Source: Armatimonadota bacterium
GTDB taxonomy: Bacteria > Armatimonadota > HRBIN16
Direction: 5' to 3'
DNA length: 64,000 nt
Assembly: GCA_963677485.1 (NCBI GenBank)
Contig: OY781964.1
Span: 4,224,001-4,288,000 of the forward strand
The translations under genes were made by a program, and so were the position numbers. Every line of letters begins with the position of its first letter. Positions within the stretch are counted from its first letter, which is position 1. The notes beneath the pieces are model-generated. The model was not told the DNA's origin, ran no database searches, and worked only from the letters and a program-made list of their open reading frames with translations. Shown here one piece after another: positions 28,015 through 37,596 of the stretch.

Positions 28015-28295
28015 AGCTCAGGTATCACCATGAATATGGATGTAACGAGACGTCTACCACTCTGCGCTGCTTGCAGAATACCACAAGATGATGCTGTCGG
28101 CTATTCACCCAATGAAGCAACCTATAAACCGGTCATGAAAGCCGGTATATTAATAGACACCGGGTCATCAGATCCGGCGCGGCAGACGGATAATCTGCCC
28201 TAATCGGTAGCATGTTACTTTTCGGACAACCAATACGACATTGAGGCCGCATGAACTTTCCGGGTGACAGCCACTAAGGTATATACAGGCTAAAA

Positions 28296-30209
28296 ATGAA
28301 TATCAGTTCGAAACAGTTCCGCCGCTTCCTGTTCGGTCGCCCTCTCTCCTCTGACAAACTTGCCCATCAAAGGCTACCTAAATTCCTGGCATTACCTGTG
28401 TTCTCATCGGACGCATTGTCGTCTGTTGCATACGGAACCCAGGAGATTCTGCTCCAGGCCACAGCTATAGGAATGGCTGGACTAGCCATCACGATACCGG
28501 TCGCAGCGGCGATCATCTTCGTGCTGGTTTTAGTGTCCATCTCATACACCCAGACGATATATGCCTACCCCAGCGGTGGCGGCAGCTATATTGTGGCTAG
28601 GGAAAACTTAAGCACCAATATGGGGCTGTTAGCGGCTGCCGCTTTGTTGACCGACTATGTGCTCACGGTTGCCGTATCAATTGCCTCCGGGGTGCAGCAG
28701 ATCACCTCGTTCTTCCCACATTTGGCGCACATGCACATGGAAGTACCCTTGTGCTTACTGTCGGTGGCTGTGGTGACGCTTGCTAATTTGCGGGGAGCCA
28801 AAGAATCGGGATGGTTCTTCAGTATGCCCACCTATTTCTTTCTCATCTGCATGTTGGTGATGGTGGGTGTGGGTATTTTTGGACCGATGCTGGGTTACCA
28901 TCTGATGGCATATTCTGATGTGATGACACCGGCCGAACGCGCGCAGTATGCAGCCTGGCAGATCCACCAGCATGGCCTGGCTGTCCAACTGAGTGGGTTT
29001 GCGATGGTCGCGATCGCCCTCAAAGCCTTCGCCTCAGGGTGTTCTGCCTTGACTGGTGTTGAAGCCATTTCGAACGGAGTGCAGGCGTTCAAGAAGCCTG
29101 AGAGCAAAAATGCAGCTCAGACACTGGCGGCGATGGCGATACTTCTGGGCATCATGTTCCTGGGCATGAGCTACCTGGCTCAGACCAACCATGTGATTTA
29201 TGCCCATGGTTTTGACCACCAGACGGTGGTAGCCTGGGTGAGCCGTATTGTGTTCCACAATAACCCTGTGGTGGTGGGCACTGTCCTGTTTAGCACGGCC
29301 ATCATATTACTGTTGGCGGCCAATACCAGTTATGCCGACTTCCCGCGGCTGGTGGCGATTTTGGCACGTGATCGGTTCATGCCGAGGCAGCTTAGCAATC
29401 TGGGCGACCGGCTGGTTTTTGCCAACGGCATCGTGATGCTGGGCATATTTAGCTGCGTTTTGATTGTGGCCTTCCATGGAAAGACAGATAAGTTGATCCC
29501 GCTGTACGCGGTAGGCGTATTCCTGAGCTTCACATTGTCTCAGGCGGGTATGGTACGGCACTGGTTTCGCGACAGGGGAAAACACTGGCAGACCAAGGCG
29601 TTATTCAATGGAATGGGTGCAGTCGCCACATTCATAGTGCTCAGCGTGATAGTTTATGAAAAAACGCTTGAAGGTGCATGGGTCGTCATCATCATCATTC
29701 CGGTCTTGATGGCCATGTTCACTATGATCAATAAGCATTATGAACGCCTGCGCGAAATGCTTCGGATGGCCGATGATGAAAAAGCCGTTGAAGCCACAGA
29801 CAGGCCGCATACTGTACTAGTTCTTCTTGACCGTTTACACCGTGGCAACATCAAAGCGCTGCGGTATGCGAAATTGCTCAGCAATGACGTTCGTGCGGTG
29901 CGGGTTGAGGTGCATCAGGATGCCAAAGTGAGTGAGATGGTGCGGCGTGAGTGGAACCAGTGGGGCGGGGATATCCCGCTGGTGAACATCGCTTCGCCTT
30001 ATCGGTCGTTGTTTGAACCGATCGTGGAATATGTGAAGCAGGTGCGAGAGGACCGGCCCGATCATATCGTGACGGTAATCCTCCCCGAGTTCATCGTCGA
30101 TAAGTGGTATTACCGTGTGCTTCATGCCAACCATGCTACCATGTTGAGGCATGCATTGGGAAACATACGTGGTGTGATCATCACCGGGGTGAGATTTTAC
30201 ACGGACTAG
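28296..30209 (+). CDS. kimA: KimA/YdaO-type APC-fold potassium transporter
   Basis: SSDALSSVAYG, YPSGGGSY, DYVLTVAVS, ALTGVEAISNG, ANTSYADFP and LIPLYAVGVF motifs; soluble C-terminal domain. Confidence 0.88.
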   Translation: MNISSKQFRRFLFGRPLSSDKLAHQRLPKFLALPVFSSDALSSVAYGTQEILLQATAIGMAGLAITIPVAAAIIFVLVLVSISYTQTIYAYPSGGGSYIVARENLSTNMGLLAAAALLTDYVLTVAVSIASGVQQITSFFPHLAHMHMEVPLCLLSVAVVTLANLRGAKESGWFFSMPTYFFLICMLVMVGVGIFGPMLGYHLMAYSDVMTPAERAQYAAWQIHQHGLAVQLSGFAMVAIALKAFASGCSALTGVEAISNGVQAFKKPESKNAAQTLAAMAILLGIMFLGMSYLAQTNHVIYAHGFDHQTVVAWVSRIVFHNNPVVVGTVLFSTAIILLLAANTSYADFPRLVAILARDRFMPRQLSNLGDRLVFANGIVMLGIFSCVLIVAFHGKTDKLIPLYAVGVFLSFTLSQAGMVRHWFRDRGKHWQTKALFNGMGAVATFIVLSVIVYEKTLEGAWVVIIIIPVLMAMFTMINKHYERLREMLRMADDEKAVEATDRPHTVLVLLDRLHRGNIKALRYAKLLSNDVRAVRVEVHQDAKVSEMVRREWNQWGGDIPLVNIASPYRSLFEPIVEYVKQVREDRPDHIVTVILPEFIVDKWYYRVLHANHATMLRHALGNIRGVIITGVRFYTD

Positions 30210-30327
30210 GCGTATAAGGTCAGTAATATGACCAACCGATAGAAGGGTATATCGCTACTTTTGTTGTATATAAGGCTAGTATACAGCGCAAACGAGCGAC
30301 GATACCCACACTATACGAGGTTATTTA

Positions 30328-32331
30328 ATGTCCTATAAATACATACTGCGTCTGGCTATTCAACCGAGATTCCACGAAAAAGAACGATTTGATTCTATGG
30401 TGGAGTTCTGCCAGCAGGCGCAGATTGACGACGTCATGTTTTTCATCAACTGCGAAGAGCTCAATCAGGGTCACCTGACCAGAGAGCAGACAATGCCCTG
30501 GCTTGATCTGATTGCTCGGGCACAGCAGATACTGAAACCAATGGGAATCACCACCTCTATTAACCCCTGGATCACCACGCTGCATACCGACCGCGGCCGC
30601 AAGCTGCAGACAGGGCAAGATTTCACCACCATGGTGGACCCATATGGTCAGGTCTCGACTGCCGTGGCCTGCCCCTTGTGTCCAGAATGGCAAAGCTACA
30701 TTACCGATATGTTCGCGTTATATGCCAGCATCAAGCCGCACATGGTGTGGGTAGAAGATGATTTCCGTCTGCACAACCATGCTCCTTTGCAGTGGGGAGG
30801 CTGTTTCTGCCCGCTGCATATGCAGCAGTTTTCGCAAAAAGCGGGCCATGAGCTCAGCCGCGAACAGTTCGTAGCCGGATTGCTGCAGCCCGGCGAGCCG
30901 CATCCATACCGCAAGATATGGCTGGACACCGCCCGCGAAAGCATGGCCGACCTGGCTGAAAAGATAGGGCAGGCGGTTCATGCCGTTTCGCCCGATACCC
31001 GCGTTGGCCTGATGAGCTCCAGCCCCACGGTCCACTGTGCAGAAGCCCGGAACTGGGAAGCTATCCTTCATGGTCTGGCAGGCGACAACGTGCCCATGGT
31101 GTTACGGCCGCATCTGCCCGCATATCAGGGAACTGCAGGGCAGCACTATCTGATGGGCTTTTCCGATGTGACGCAGATGACTCAGGCCTCAGTGCCCTCA
31201 AGCACGGAGTTATATCCTGAACTCGAAAGCTTCCCCGATACCCGCTTCACAAAGTCCAGAGCGTTCACGCGGCTGCAACTGGAGACCTCTCTGCTGATTG
31301 GTTCTCAAGGCATCACGTTGAATATATTCGACATGATGGGCAACGGGGCGATGATGACCGAGGGCTACCAGCAAACCTTAGCCGAAGTCAAGCCGTTGCT
31401 GAACAGTATACAGGCACTGGGATTGACGCGCGAAAGCCGATCTGGGGTACGCGTGCTGTTTGACCCACTGGCGTCCTACGATATCCACACCTCGCAGGGT
31501 CATGGGATGCATGAGCTCTACCCGTATAACTCGTTCTGGTCTAGCCTTTTGAGCGCGTTTTGTGTGAGCAACCGCTATGACTCGGAATTGGTGCCAGAGG
31601 GCTGCGCGGTGGCGGTCTCCGGGCAGTATTTCCGAGGCCGCAGCCGCGAAGAGCTTCAAGCACTGTTTGACACGCACTTCGTGATGCTGGAAGCCGAAGC
31701 CGCGTATGTTCTGTGCGAACTGGGGTATGGCGCCATGGCAGGTATCAAGAGCGCCAAATGGGTGGCTCAGGACTCTGGTGTGGTGTCGTATGAGCAGATA
31801 TGTGACGGATCGGTGTATAGCGGTCTGGAAGAGGCACGGCTATCGGGGCAAAATTCCTGTGGTGACTACCTGGATATAGAGTATCTCAACACCCCCACGG
31901 TGCTGTCCCAGATGAAGAGTCCGGCTGGTGACACGGCAGGTGTGGGTTGCGCGGTGGTGGATGGGCGTGTGTTCGTGCTGCCTTACGGCCACTTCGGGAT
32001 GCAGAACCACCTGAACCCGGTCCGGCAGGCGATGATTCAAGACGTGCTTCGCCGTGCCGAACTCAGCGAACGGCCTGCCTTTGTGCAGGATGCACCATAT
32101 GTCTACCTGCAGCAGCATATTCAAGACGGGCAGACCTGTCTGTTGCTGAGCAACTTCGCTGACGATGATGTGTCCGAATTGCGCGTCTTCTTACCTGGCG
32201 GAGGCAGTACTCAAGCCAGGCGGATCAACCGAGATGGGGAGAGTGCCATCAGCCTGGTTCGCGACGGCGAGTTTGTGACCATCCCGGGCACCTTGCGTCG
32301 CTGGGAAACCCAGGCCGTGGTGATTGGGTGA
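30328..32331 (+). CDS. Putative glycoside hydrolase (TIM barrel followed by GH42-trimerisation-like domain)
   Basis: ACPLCPEW, WVEDDFRLHNH, GCFCPLH and YPELE motifs typical of uncharacterised GH-like proteins; no signal peptide. Confidence 0.55.
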   Translation: MSYKYILRLAIQPRFHEKERFDSMVEFCQQAQIDDVMFFINCEELNQGHLTREQTMPWLDLIARAQQILKPMGITTSINPWITTLHTDRGRKLQTGQDFTTMVDPYGQVSTAVACPLCPEWQSYITDMFALYASIKPHMVWVEDDFRLHNHAPLQWGGCFCPLHMQQFSQKAGHELSREQFVAGLLQPGEPHPYRKIWLDTARESMADLAEKIGQAVHAVSPDTRVGLMSSSPTVHCAEARNWEAILHGLAGDNVPMVLRPHLPAYQGTAGQHYLMGFSDVTQMTQASVPSSTELYPELESFPDTRFTKSRAFTRLQLETSLLIGSQGITLNIFDMMGNGAMMTEGYQQTLAEVKPLLNSIQALGLTRESRSGVRVLFDPLASYDIHTSQGHGMHELYPYNSFWSSLLSAFCVSNRYDSELVPEGCAVAVSGQYFRGRSREELQALFDTHFVMLEAEAAYVLCELGYGAMAGIKSAKWVAQDSGVVSYEQICDGSVYSGLEEARLSGQNSCGDYLDIEYLNTPTVLSQMKSPAGDTAGVGCAVVDGRVFVLPYGHFGMQNHLNPVRQAMIQDVLRRAELSERPAFVQDAPYVYLQQHIQDGQTCLLLSNFADDDVSELRVFLPGGGSTQARRINRDGESAISLVRDGEFVTIPGTLRRWETQAVVIG

Positions 32332-32335
32332 TCGG

Positions 32336-32587
32336 GTAGGGGCAGCCCCCCGTGGCTGCCCTGTTCGGATTCGTATCCGCAGATGAACGCGGACGGGATG
32401 TCTCACGCGAAGACGCGAAGGGATGTATTTTAACGCAAAGGCGCAAGGGTGCAAAGACGCGAAGGGGAATGATGGGATTCGCCGTGTGTCAGTAATATTG
32501 GCGGACGCTATTTACCCAGAAACCGTAGGGGCATCGCGTGCGGTGCCCCATAGATCGCCCCGGTTAGGAGAAAACCGGCGCGGTCAT
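32336..32587 (+). repeat. Mosaic intergenic repeat cluster (GTAG-type REP hairpins, 8-9-nt tandem units, CCGGCGCGGTC motif)
   Basis: GTAGGGGCAGCC..GGCTGCCC (32336-32361); GTAGGGGCATCG..CGGTGCCCC (32525-32549); acgcgaag/acgcaaag/gcgcaagg/gtgcaaag units. Confidence 0.75.
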
Positions 32588-32602
32588 CAATGGTTTATTC
32601 CC

Positions 32603-34162
32603 CTACGCTAGGTCGCGGATCCTGGCGATGAACACCGGGCTGACGCTGATCTCGCGCACACCCATCTTGAGCAACTCCAACAGCGCAGCGGTGCGGGCGG
32701 CCATTTCGCCGCACACACACACGGGCTTGCCATTGGCGCGGCCTGCGTCCACGGTCATTTTGATCAACTCCAGCACCGATTCGTCCAACTCGTCGTATAG
32801 ATGCCCCACGGAGCCGTTGGTGCGGTCGACCGCAAGGGTGTACTGCGTCAGGTCATTCGTGCCGATGCTGAGATAGTCTACATCGTGAGCGATCTGGCTG
32901 GCATGGAGGGCGGCTGCGGGCGTCTCGATCATCGCGCCGATTTTGACATTGCTGACCGGATGCCCCTGTTTTGACATCCGTATGATGGTGTCCTTCACCA
33001 GATTCAAGGCCGTGTTCAATTCGGATAATCTGGAGACCATGGGCAGCAGAATCGTGACCGGGCCAAAGGCCGATGCGCGGATCATCGCCCGAAGCTGGGT
33101 GGTGAACAGCTTGGGCTGTGCCAGGCTCAGCCGGATGCCCCGCAGGCCCAGTGCCGGGTTTGCCTCGCTGGGGTGCTGGATGTAGGCCAGCGGCTTGTCG
33201 CTGCCGGCATCCAGGGTGCGCAACACCACAGGAAGCCCCTTTGCGATTTTGACAAGCTCCGCGTAGCACTCATACTGCTCATCTTCAGTAGGCGCGGTGC
33301 TGCGGTCTTGAAACAAGAACTCAGTGCGTACGATGCCGAAACCGTCGCAGCCGGCACTTATCGCCTGTTTGGCGTCTTCAATCGAGCCAATGTTGGCTTT
33401 GATGTTGAGCTCACCGATGCCGTAGTCTGCCAGTGCCCATTTGGCTTCTGAGAGCATGTCTTCTGCCGCGATCATCGCAGACGTTATGTCACGCCGGTGT
33501 GGCTGGACGGTCACTACGCCGAAATTCCCGTTGACGATGATCATCTCATCCTCGCGGGTTTTTTGCATAATATCCGGAACCCCAAACACGGCGGGGATGC
33601 CTGCCGCGCGGATTAAAATGGCCGCGTGCGAGTTGCATCCACCTTTGGCGGTAATGACCCCTGCGGCCTTTTTTAACGCCGCGACCTGTGAAGGGTAGAG
33701 CTCATCGGTGACGAACACGGTATCCGCGCCGATCGCATTATCAGCACTCTGATTTGCCAGGTTGGTGCAGAGGCGATGGCCGATGTCGCGGATATCCACC
33801 GCTCTGGCGCGCAGGTATTCGTCGTCAAGCTGTTCAAATCTGGCGGCGATGGCGTCACTGGTCTGTTTGGCCGCTTCGTATGCCGAGACACCTTGTTTGA
33901 TGAGTTCGACTATGGGGTCGATGAGCTCGGGGTCTTCCAGCAGCATTAGGTGAGTCTCCATCACCTCACGCTGCAGATCATCGGTGGCATCGTCGCATAG
34001 CAGTTCGACGTCATCCTGCGCTTCTGCGAGGCTGCATTCCCACAGCTCCAGCTCTTCCGTGACAGAGGCATCTGGGTTGAGCTCGGGTACAACCTGTCGA
34101 GGAATCCGCACACGGCCGATGCCGGTACCTTCAGAAACGGCTATTCCAAATATGATCTCCAT
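32603..34162 (-). CDS. ptsI: PTS enzyme I (PEP-protein phosphotransferase)
   Basis: GGCNSHAAIL phospho-His motif; RTEFLF, RTLDAGSDKP, EANPALGLRGIR, SIGTNDLTQY and CVCGEMA motifs. Confidence 0.95.
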   Translation of the reverse strand: MEIIFGIAVSEGTGIGRVRIPRQVVPELNPDASVTEELELWECSLAEAQDDVELLCDDATDDLQREVMETHLMLLEDPELIDPIVELIKQGVSAYEAAKQTSDAIAARFEQLDDEYLRARAVDIRDIGHRLCTNLANQSADNAIGADTVFVTDELYPSQVAALKKAAGVITAKGGCNSHAAILIRAAGIPAVFGVPDIMQKTREDEMIIVNGNFGVVTVQPHRRDITSAMIAAEDMLSEAKWALADYGIGELNIKANIGSIEDAKQAISAGCDGFGIVRTEFLFQDRSTAPTEDEQYECYAELVKIAKGLPVVLRTLDAGSDKPLAYIQHPSEANPALGLRGIRLSLAQPKLFTTQLRAMIRASAFGPVTILLPMVSRLSELNTALNLVKDTIIRMSKQGHPVSNVKIGAMIETPAAALHASQIAHDVDYLSIGTNDLTQYTLAVDRTNGSVGHLYDELDESVLELIKMTVDAGRANGKPVCVCGEMAARTAALLELLKMGVREISVSPVFIARIRDLA

Positions 34163-34419
34163 TAGCTGCCTTCTCGCAGGAATTTGGCCAGAGCTTCTAG
34201 CGCAGCCGATTCGTCCGGACCATCCGCTTTGACTGTGACCGTAGATCCTTTGCCCGCGTCGATGCCGATGAGCGAGATGACGCTGTTGGCCTTGGCCTCA
34301 CTGCCGTCTTTTTCGACGGTGATGAGCGCATCAAACTGCTTCGCCAGCTTCACGAACTGTGCGGCTGGCCGGGCATGAAGCGCCAGCTCCGGGTGCATGG
34401 TGACTGTAAGCTCTGTCAT
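34162..34419 (-). CDS. ptsH: Phosphocarrier protein HPr
   Basis: LHARPAA (His15) and ANSVISL (Ser46 region). Confidence 0.95.
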   Translation of the reverse strand: MTELTVTMHPELALHARPAAQFVKLAKQFDALITVEKDGSEAKANSVISLIGIDAGKGSTVTVKADGPDESAALEALAKFLREGS

Positions 34420-34868
34420 GATGCCTCACCCTCAACTTCCAGCAGGGGATCACCCAGCTTTACGTGCTTTCCGGCGAGTATCTTCACGCTGCCGCCCATC
34501 ACCACGATGGGCGAAATGGTCTGTTTTCCGGCCGCCTTGATGGCCTCGATGTCGAATTCGATCAGCCGCTGACCCAGTTCGATCTGCTGGCCTTTGGCCG
34601 CCAGAAGGGTAAAGCCCTCACCGTTCATCTCCACGGTGTCGATGCCCACATGCACCAGCAGCTCCACGCCCTCCGCAAGCTCCATCCCGAAGGCGTGCCC
34701 GCTTTTGGGCAGTGCGGAGATGTTGCCTGAAGCTGGTGCCACGACCACACCCTCATCGGGGATGATCGCCACGCCATCGCCCAGCATCTTCTCCGCGAAC
34801 ACAGGATCGGGCACCTGGTCGATCGGGATGACTTCGCCGGACATCGGTGACATGATTGTGATGACCAT
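34416..34868 (-). CDS. crr: PTS glucose-family EIIA
   Basis: VPDPVFAEKMLGDG, HAFG and ELLVHVGIDTV motifs. Confidence 0.93.
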   Translation of the reverse strand: MVITIMSPMSGEVIPIDQVPDPVFAEKMLGDGVAIIPDEGVVVAPASGNISALPKSGHAFGMELAEGVELLVHVGIDTVEMNGEGFTLLAAKGQQIELGQRLIEFDIEAIKAAGKQTISPIVVMGGSVKILAGKHVKLGDPLLEVEGEAS

Positions 34869-34873
34869 CGGTG

Positions 34874-35104
34874 TTACATTAAGTCCTTTATCTCTTGTTC
34901 GATGATCTCCGCCTCGGTGCCGATCACCACCTGAATGTTGCCGCCGCCCAGCTTCATGATGCCCACGGCCCCCTCGCTCTTCAGTGCGCGCTCGTTGAGC
35001 AGGCTCATGTCAACTAATGTGATCCGCAGCCGAGTGATGCAGCTATCAAGGTTCTTGATATTCGCTTTACCACCGAGTGCATCGAGAATATGTTGTGCGT
35101 CCAT
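34874..35104 (-). CDS. Stand-alone PTS glucose-family EIIB
   Basis: ALGGKANIKNLDSCITRLR (phospho-Cys) and IQVVIG. Confidence 0.93.
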   Translation of the reverse strand: MDAQHILDALGGKANIKNLDSCITRLRITLVDMSLLNERALKSEGAVGIMKLGGGNIQVVIGTEAEIIEQEIKDLM

Positions 35105-35122
35105 GGTTATACCTCTTATATG

Positions 35123-36310
35123 TTATGCCGTGTTGGCATCGACCTCTTCATCGGGTTCGCGGCCCGGTGTGGCCAAGTCCATTTTACGGATGATGAGCCG
35201 GAATAGGAAATAGTAGACCGCGGCGTAGACCAGGCCGATGGGTATGATCCACAACGGGTGAGTGGCCTTGCCGTAGAAAAGCACGTAGTCGATGAGCCCC
35301 GCGGAGAAGCCAAAGCCGTGCTTGATGCCCAGCAACTCGCATACAGCCAGCGCGCTTCCGGTGAGCACTGCGTGGACGCCATAAAGGATCGGTGCCAGGA
35401 ACATAAACGCGAACTCAATCGGCTCGGTGATGCCGGTGATCAGCGAGGTCAGTGCCGATCCCATCAACAGACCTGCGACCACCTTGCGCTGCGAGGACTT
35501 CGATTCATGCACCATCGCCAGGCAGACCGCCGGCAGTGCGAACATCATGATGACATAGAATCCGGTCATAAACTGACCGGCGGTGGGGTCGCCAGCGGCA
35601 AACCGCGTGAGGTCGCCATGCACCAGTTTCCCTGCTGCGTCCGTGAAGGAGCCGAAGTCAAACCAGACCATGGTGTTGATGACATGGTGCAGACCGAACG
35701 GCACCAGCAACCGGTTGGCGATGCCGTAGAAAAACACGCCGATGGGTCCGCTGGCGATGAGCGCGTTGCCCCCGGCGTGGATGGAGGCCTGTACATATGG
35801 CCAGAGCCAACTGGCCAACAAACCGATGATGAGTGCCGAAAATGAAGTCAAGATGGGCACCAGCCGTTTCCCGCCAAAGAAGCCTAATGCTCGGGGCAGC
35901 CGCGTGCGGTGATACTTATTGTACAAACTGGCGGAGACCAGGCCAATCACCAGACCGCCTAAAACGCCCATATTCACGGTGGACGGGTCGCCGGGGTTCA
36001 AGCCAGGGTGGACCGCTTCGATGGTCTTGGTCATGACCAGGTAGCCCACCACCGCCGCCAGCCCGGCCACGCCCGCGTCGGCCGCAAAGCCGATGGCTAC
36101 TCCGATGGCGAAGATCAGCGGCAGGTTGTCGAAAATCGCACCACCGCCCTTCATCATGACGAATCCCACGGTGTGGATGATTCCGATGGGTACCGATGCC
36201 TGGATGAGTTCGCCAAATCTGAGCATGAGTGCCGCGGCGGGCAGCACTGCGATGGGCATCATCAGCGACTTCCCGATACGCTGAAGCACGCCCATAAAGT
36301 TGGATAGCAT
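35123..36310 (-). CDS. PTS EIIC permease, N-acetylglucosamine/glucose family
   Basis: LQRIGKSLMMPIAVLPAA, PFGLHH, GDLTRF, GITEPIEFAF and FSAGLIDY motifs; GGAGG RBS before ATG 36310. Confidence 0.92.
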   Translation of the reverse strand: MLSNFMGVLQRIGKSLMMPIAVLPAAALMLRFGELIQASVPIGIIHTVGFVMMKGGGAIFDNLPLIFAIGVAIGFAADAGVAGLAAVVGYLVMTKTIEAVHPGLNPGDPSTVNMGVLGGLVIGLVSASLYNKYHRTRLPRALGFFGGKRLVPILTSFSALIIGLLASWLWPYVQASIHAGGNALIASGPIGVFFYGIANRLLVPFGLHHVINTMVWFDFGSFTDAAGKLVHGDLTRFAAGDPTAGQFMTGFYVIMMFALPAVCLAMVHESKSSQRKVVAGLLMGSALTSLITGITEPIEFAFMFLAPILYGVHAVLTGSALAVCELLGIKHGFGFSAGLIDYVLFYGKATHPLWIIPIGLVYAAVYYFLFRLIIRKMDLATPGREPDEEVDANTA

Positions 36311-36394
36311 GATGTTAGGCCTCCGAAGGATGACAGGGATATGTGATAGTATTCGCCATCCGCGCGGCGTTTCCCTTCTGTGGGATTCGGGGAA

Positions 36395-36778
36395 GTTCTC
36401 ACGCGAAGACGCGGAGCGGGACTTAACGCAATGGCGCAAGGGGGGCAATGAACGCAAAGGGGAAATCCACAGATGGTGCAGATAACACAAATGAGCTAAT
36501 GACCGCGCCGGTTTCTCAGAGCATTATCAAACACCTTGCAGCCCATCTCCGGCGCGGTCTGGCCTGGGAACGCCAATCTCCCGATTGGCATATACTCGGT
36601 GCGGGTCTGGCGGTTAGCCTCCCTAGCCTTGTTAGGAAGTATTAACCACGAATACACACGAATGATCACGAATGGGAAGGTCTCACGCGAAGACGCGAAG
36701 GGTAACGACCGCGCCGGTCTGGCGGCCAGCTCCCATTCACCGAGCGACTAATATCCGGCGCGGTCTGGCGGATAGCCT
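36395..36778 (+). repeat. Second mosaic repeat cluster (same 8-10-nt units, GACCGCGCCGG..CCGGCGCGGTC stems, REP-like hairpin)
   Basis: tctcacgcgaagacgcg at ~36397 and 36681 (also 32401); ccacagatg/gtgcagata; cacgaat x3; stems 36501-36559 and 36707-36765; gccaatc-tccc-gattggc. Confidence 0.75.
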
Positions 36779-36849
36779 GTTATCTACGTGCCTGTCCGCC
36801 GAGAGTTGCCCCACAATTACAAAATAACGCACAACTGCACCAAAATCGC

Positions 36850-36879
36850 TTGACATCCGTCTGTGGACAGCAGTAAGCT
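36850..36879 (+). promoter_or_regulatory. Candidate sigma70 promoter upstream of the Rhs cluster
   Basis: TTGACA, 18-bp spacer, TAAGCT. Confidence 0.4.
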
Positions 36880-36941
36880 GATATCAGACCGATAAAACGA
36901 ATGCAACGAAGCAAACAACAACAGCAAAGGACATATTATGC

Positions 36942-37538
36942 GTGAAGGCCGCCACCGGTACAAATAACTACGACAAGTGCAACGCCGCCACGGGCGACAT
37001 GCGCCTCAATGGCACAGATCTGAAGTATTACCACTTCGACGAACTCGGCAGCACGCTCCTCCTGACGGATGCGAGCGGGGTGCAGAGGGAGAGTGCAGTA
37101 GTGACACACACAATAGACACGCGATACGACTTGCCATCGGAGCAAACGATCCGATGTCGTGAGGGTTACGAATATGTGGTAGGCGTGCAAGTACCAATCA
37201 CGATTAAAAAACTCGAATATAACTCAATAAGCGAGATATTCAAGATATTCGAGGACGGTCCGTTGGTAATGTCCACTGCAGACTTTCGACGTAACCCCTA
37301 CATATTAATAGCAATAGAGAACAAGGATCCACAGTTCAATGTGAGAATAGATGGAGTATTGTGCTTCTTAGGTGATAATAGTAATCGGGACTGTTGGTTC
37401 AGATTACACTCCATTGTGCTCGGAATAGTGGTGTTGACGGATCCGGATAATGTCTGTCTGTCTTTAGATAAGGATAGAAATAACCTGCTGATCACAGATA
37501 AGAAAACCGGCAAAATACGACTACGAAGGCCTATATAG
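36942..37538 (+). CDS. Rhs-core fragment fused in frame to an unrelated AT-rich ORF (likely orphan immunity gene starting GTG 37101)
   Basis: KYYHFDELGSTLLLTDASG matches the next gene; similarity stops at 37086; GGAGAG precedes GTG 37101. Confidence 0.6.
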   Translation: MKAATGTNNYDKCNAATGDMRLNGTDLKYYHFDELGSTLLLTDASGVQRESAVVTHTIDTRYDLPSEQTIRCREGYEYVVGVQVPITIKKLEYNSISEIFKIFEDGPLVMSTADFRRNPYILIAIENKDPQFNVRIDGVLCFLGDNSNRDCWFRLHSIVLGIVVLTDPDNVCLSLDKDRNNLLITDKKTGKIRLRRPI

Positions 37539-37596
37539 GTGACACATATACATATGAGTGAAGGTGTAAAGTCTAGATTCGATTAGGCCATTGCAT

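Noticed and set aside
28015-28295. Canonical c-di-AMP (ydaO) riboswitch
   Set aside because: The conserved GCUGAAUCC / GGGGGA / GUCAGCUAAC elements were not found.
36311-36490. 60-aa N-terminal extension of EIIC in the ORF track
   Set aside because: It translates the repeat cluster; similarity and the RBS point to ATG 36310.
32336-36778. CRISPR array in the repeat clusters
   Set aside because: Units are 8-20 nt, irregularly spaced and without constant-length spacers; no cas genes are in the window.
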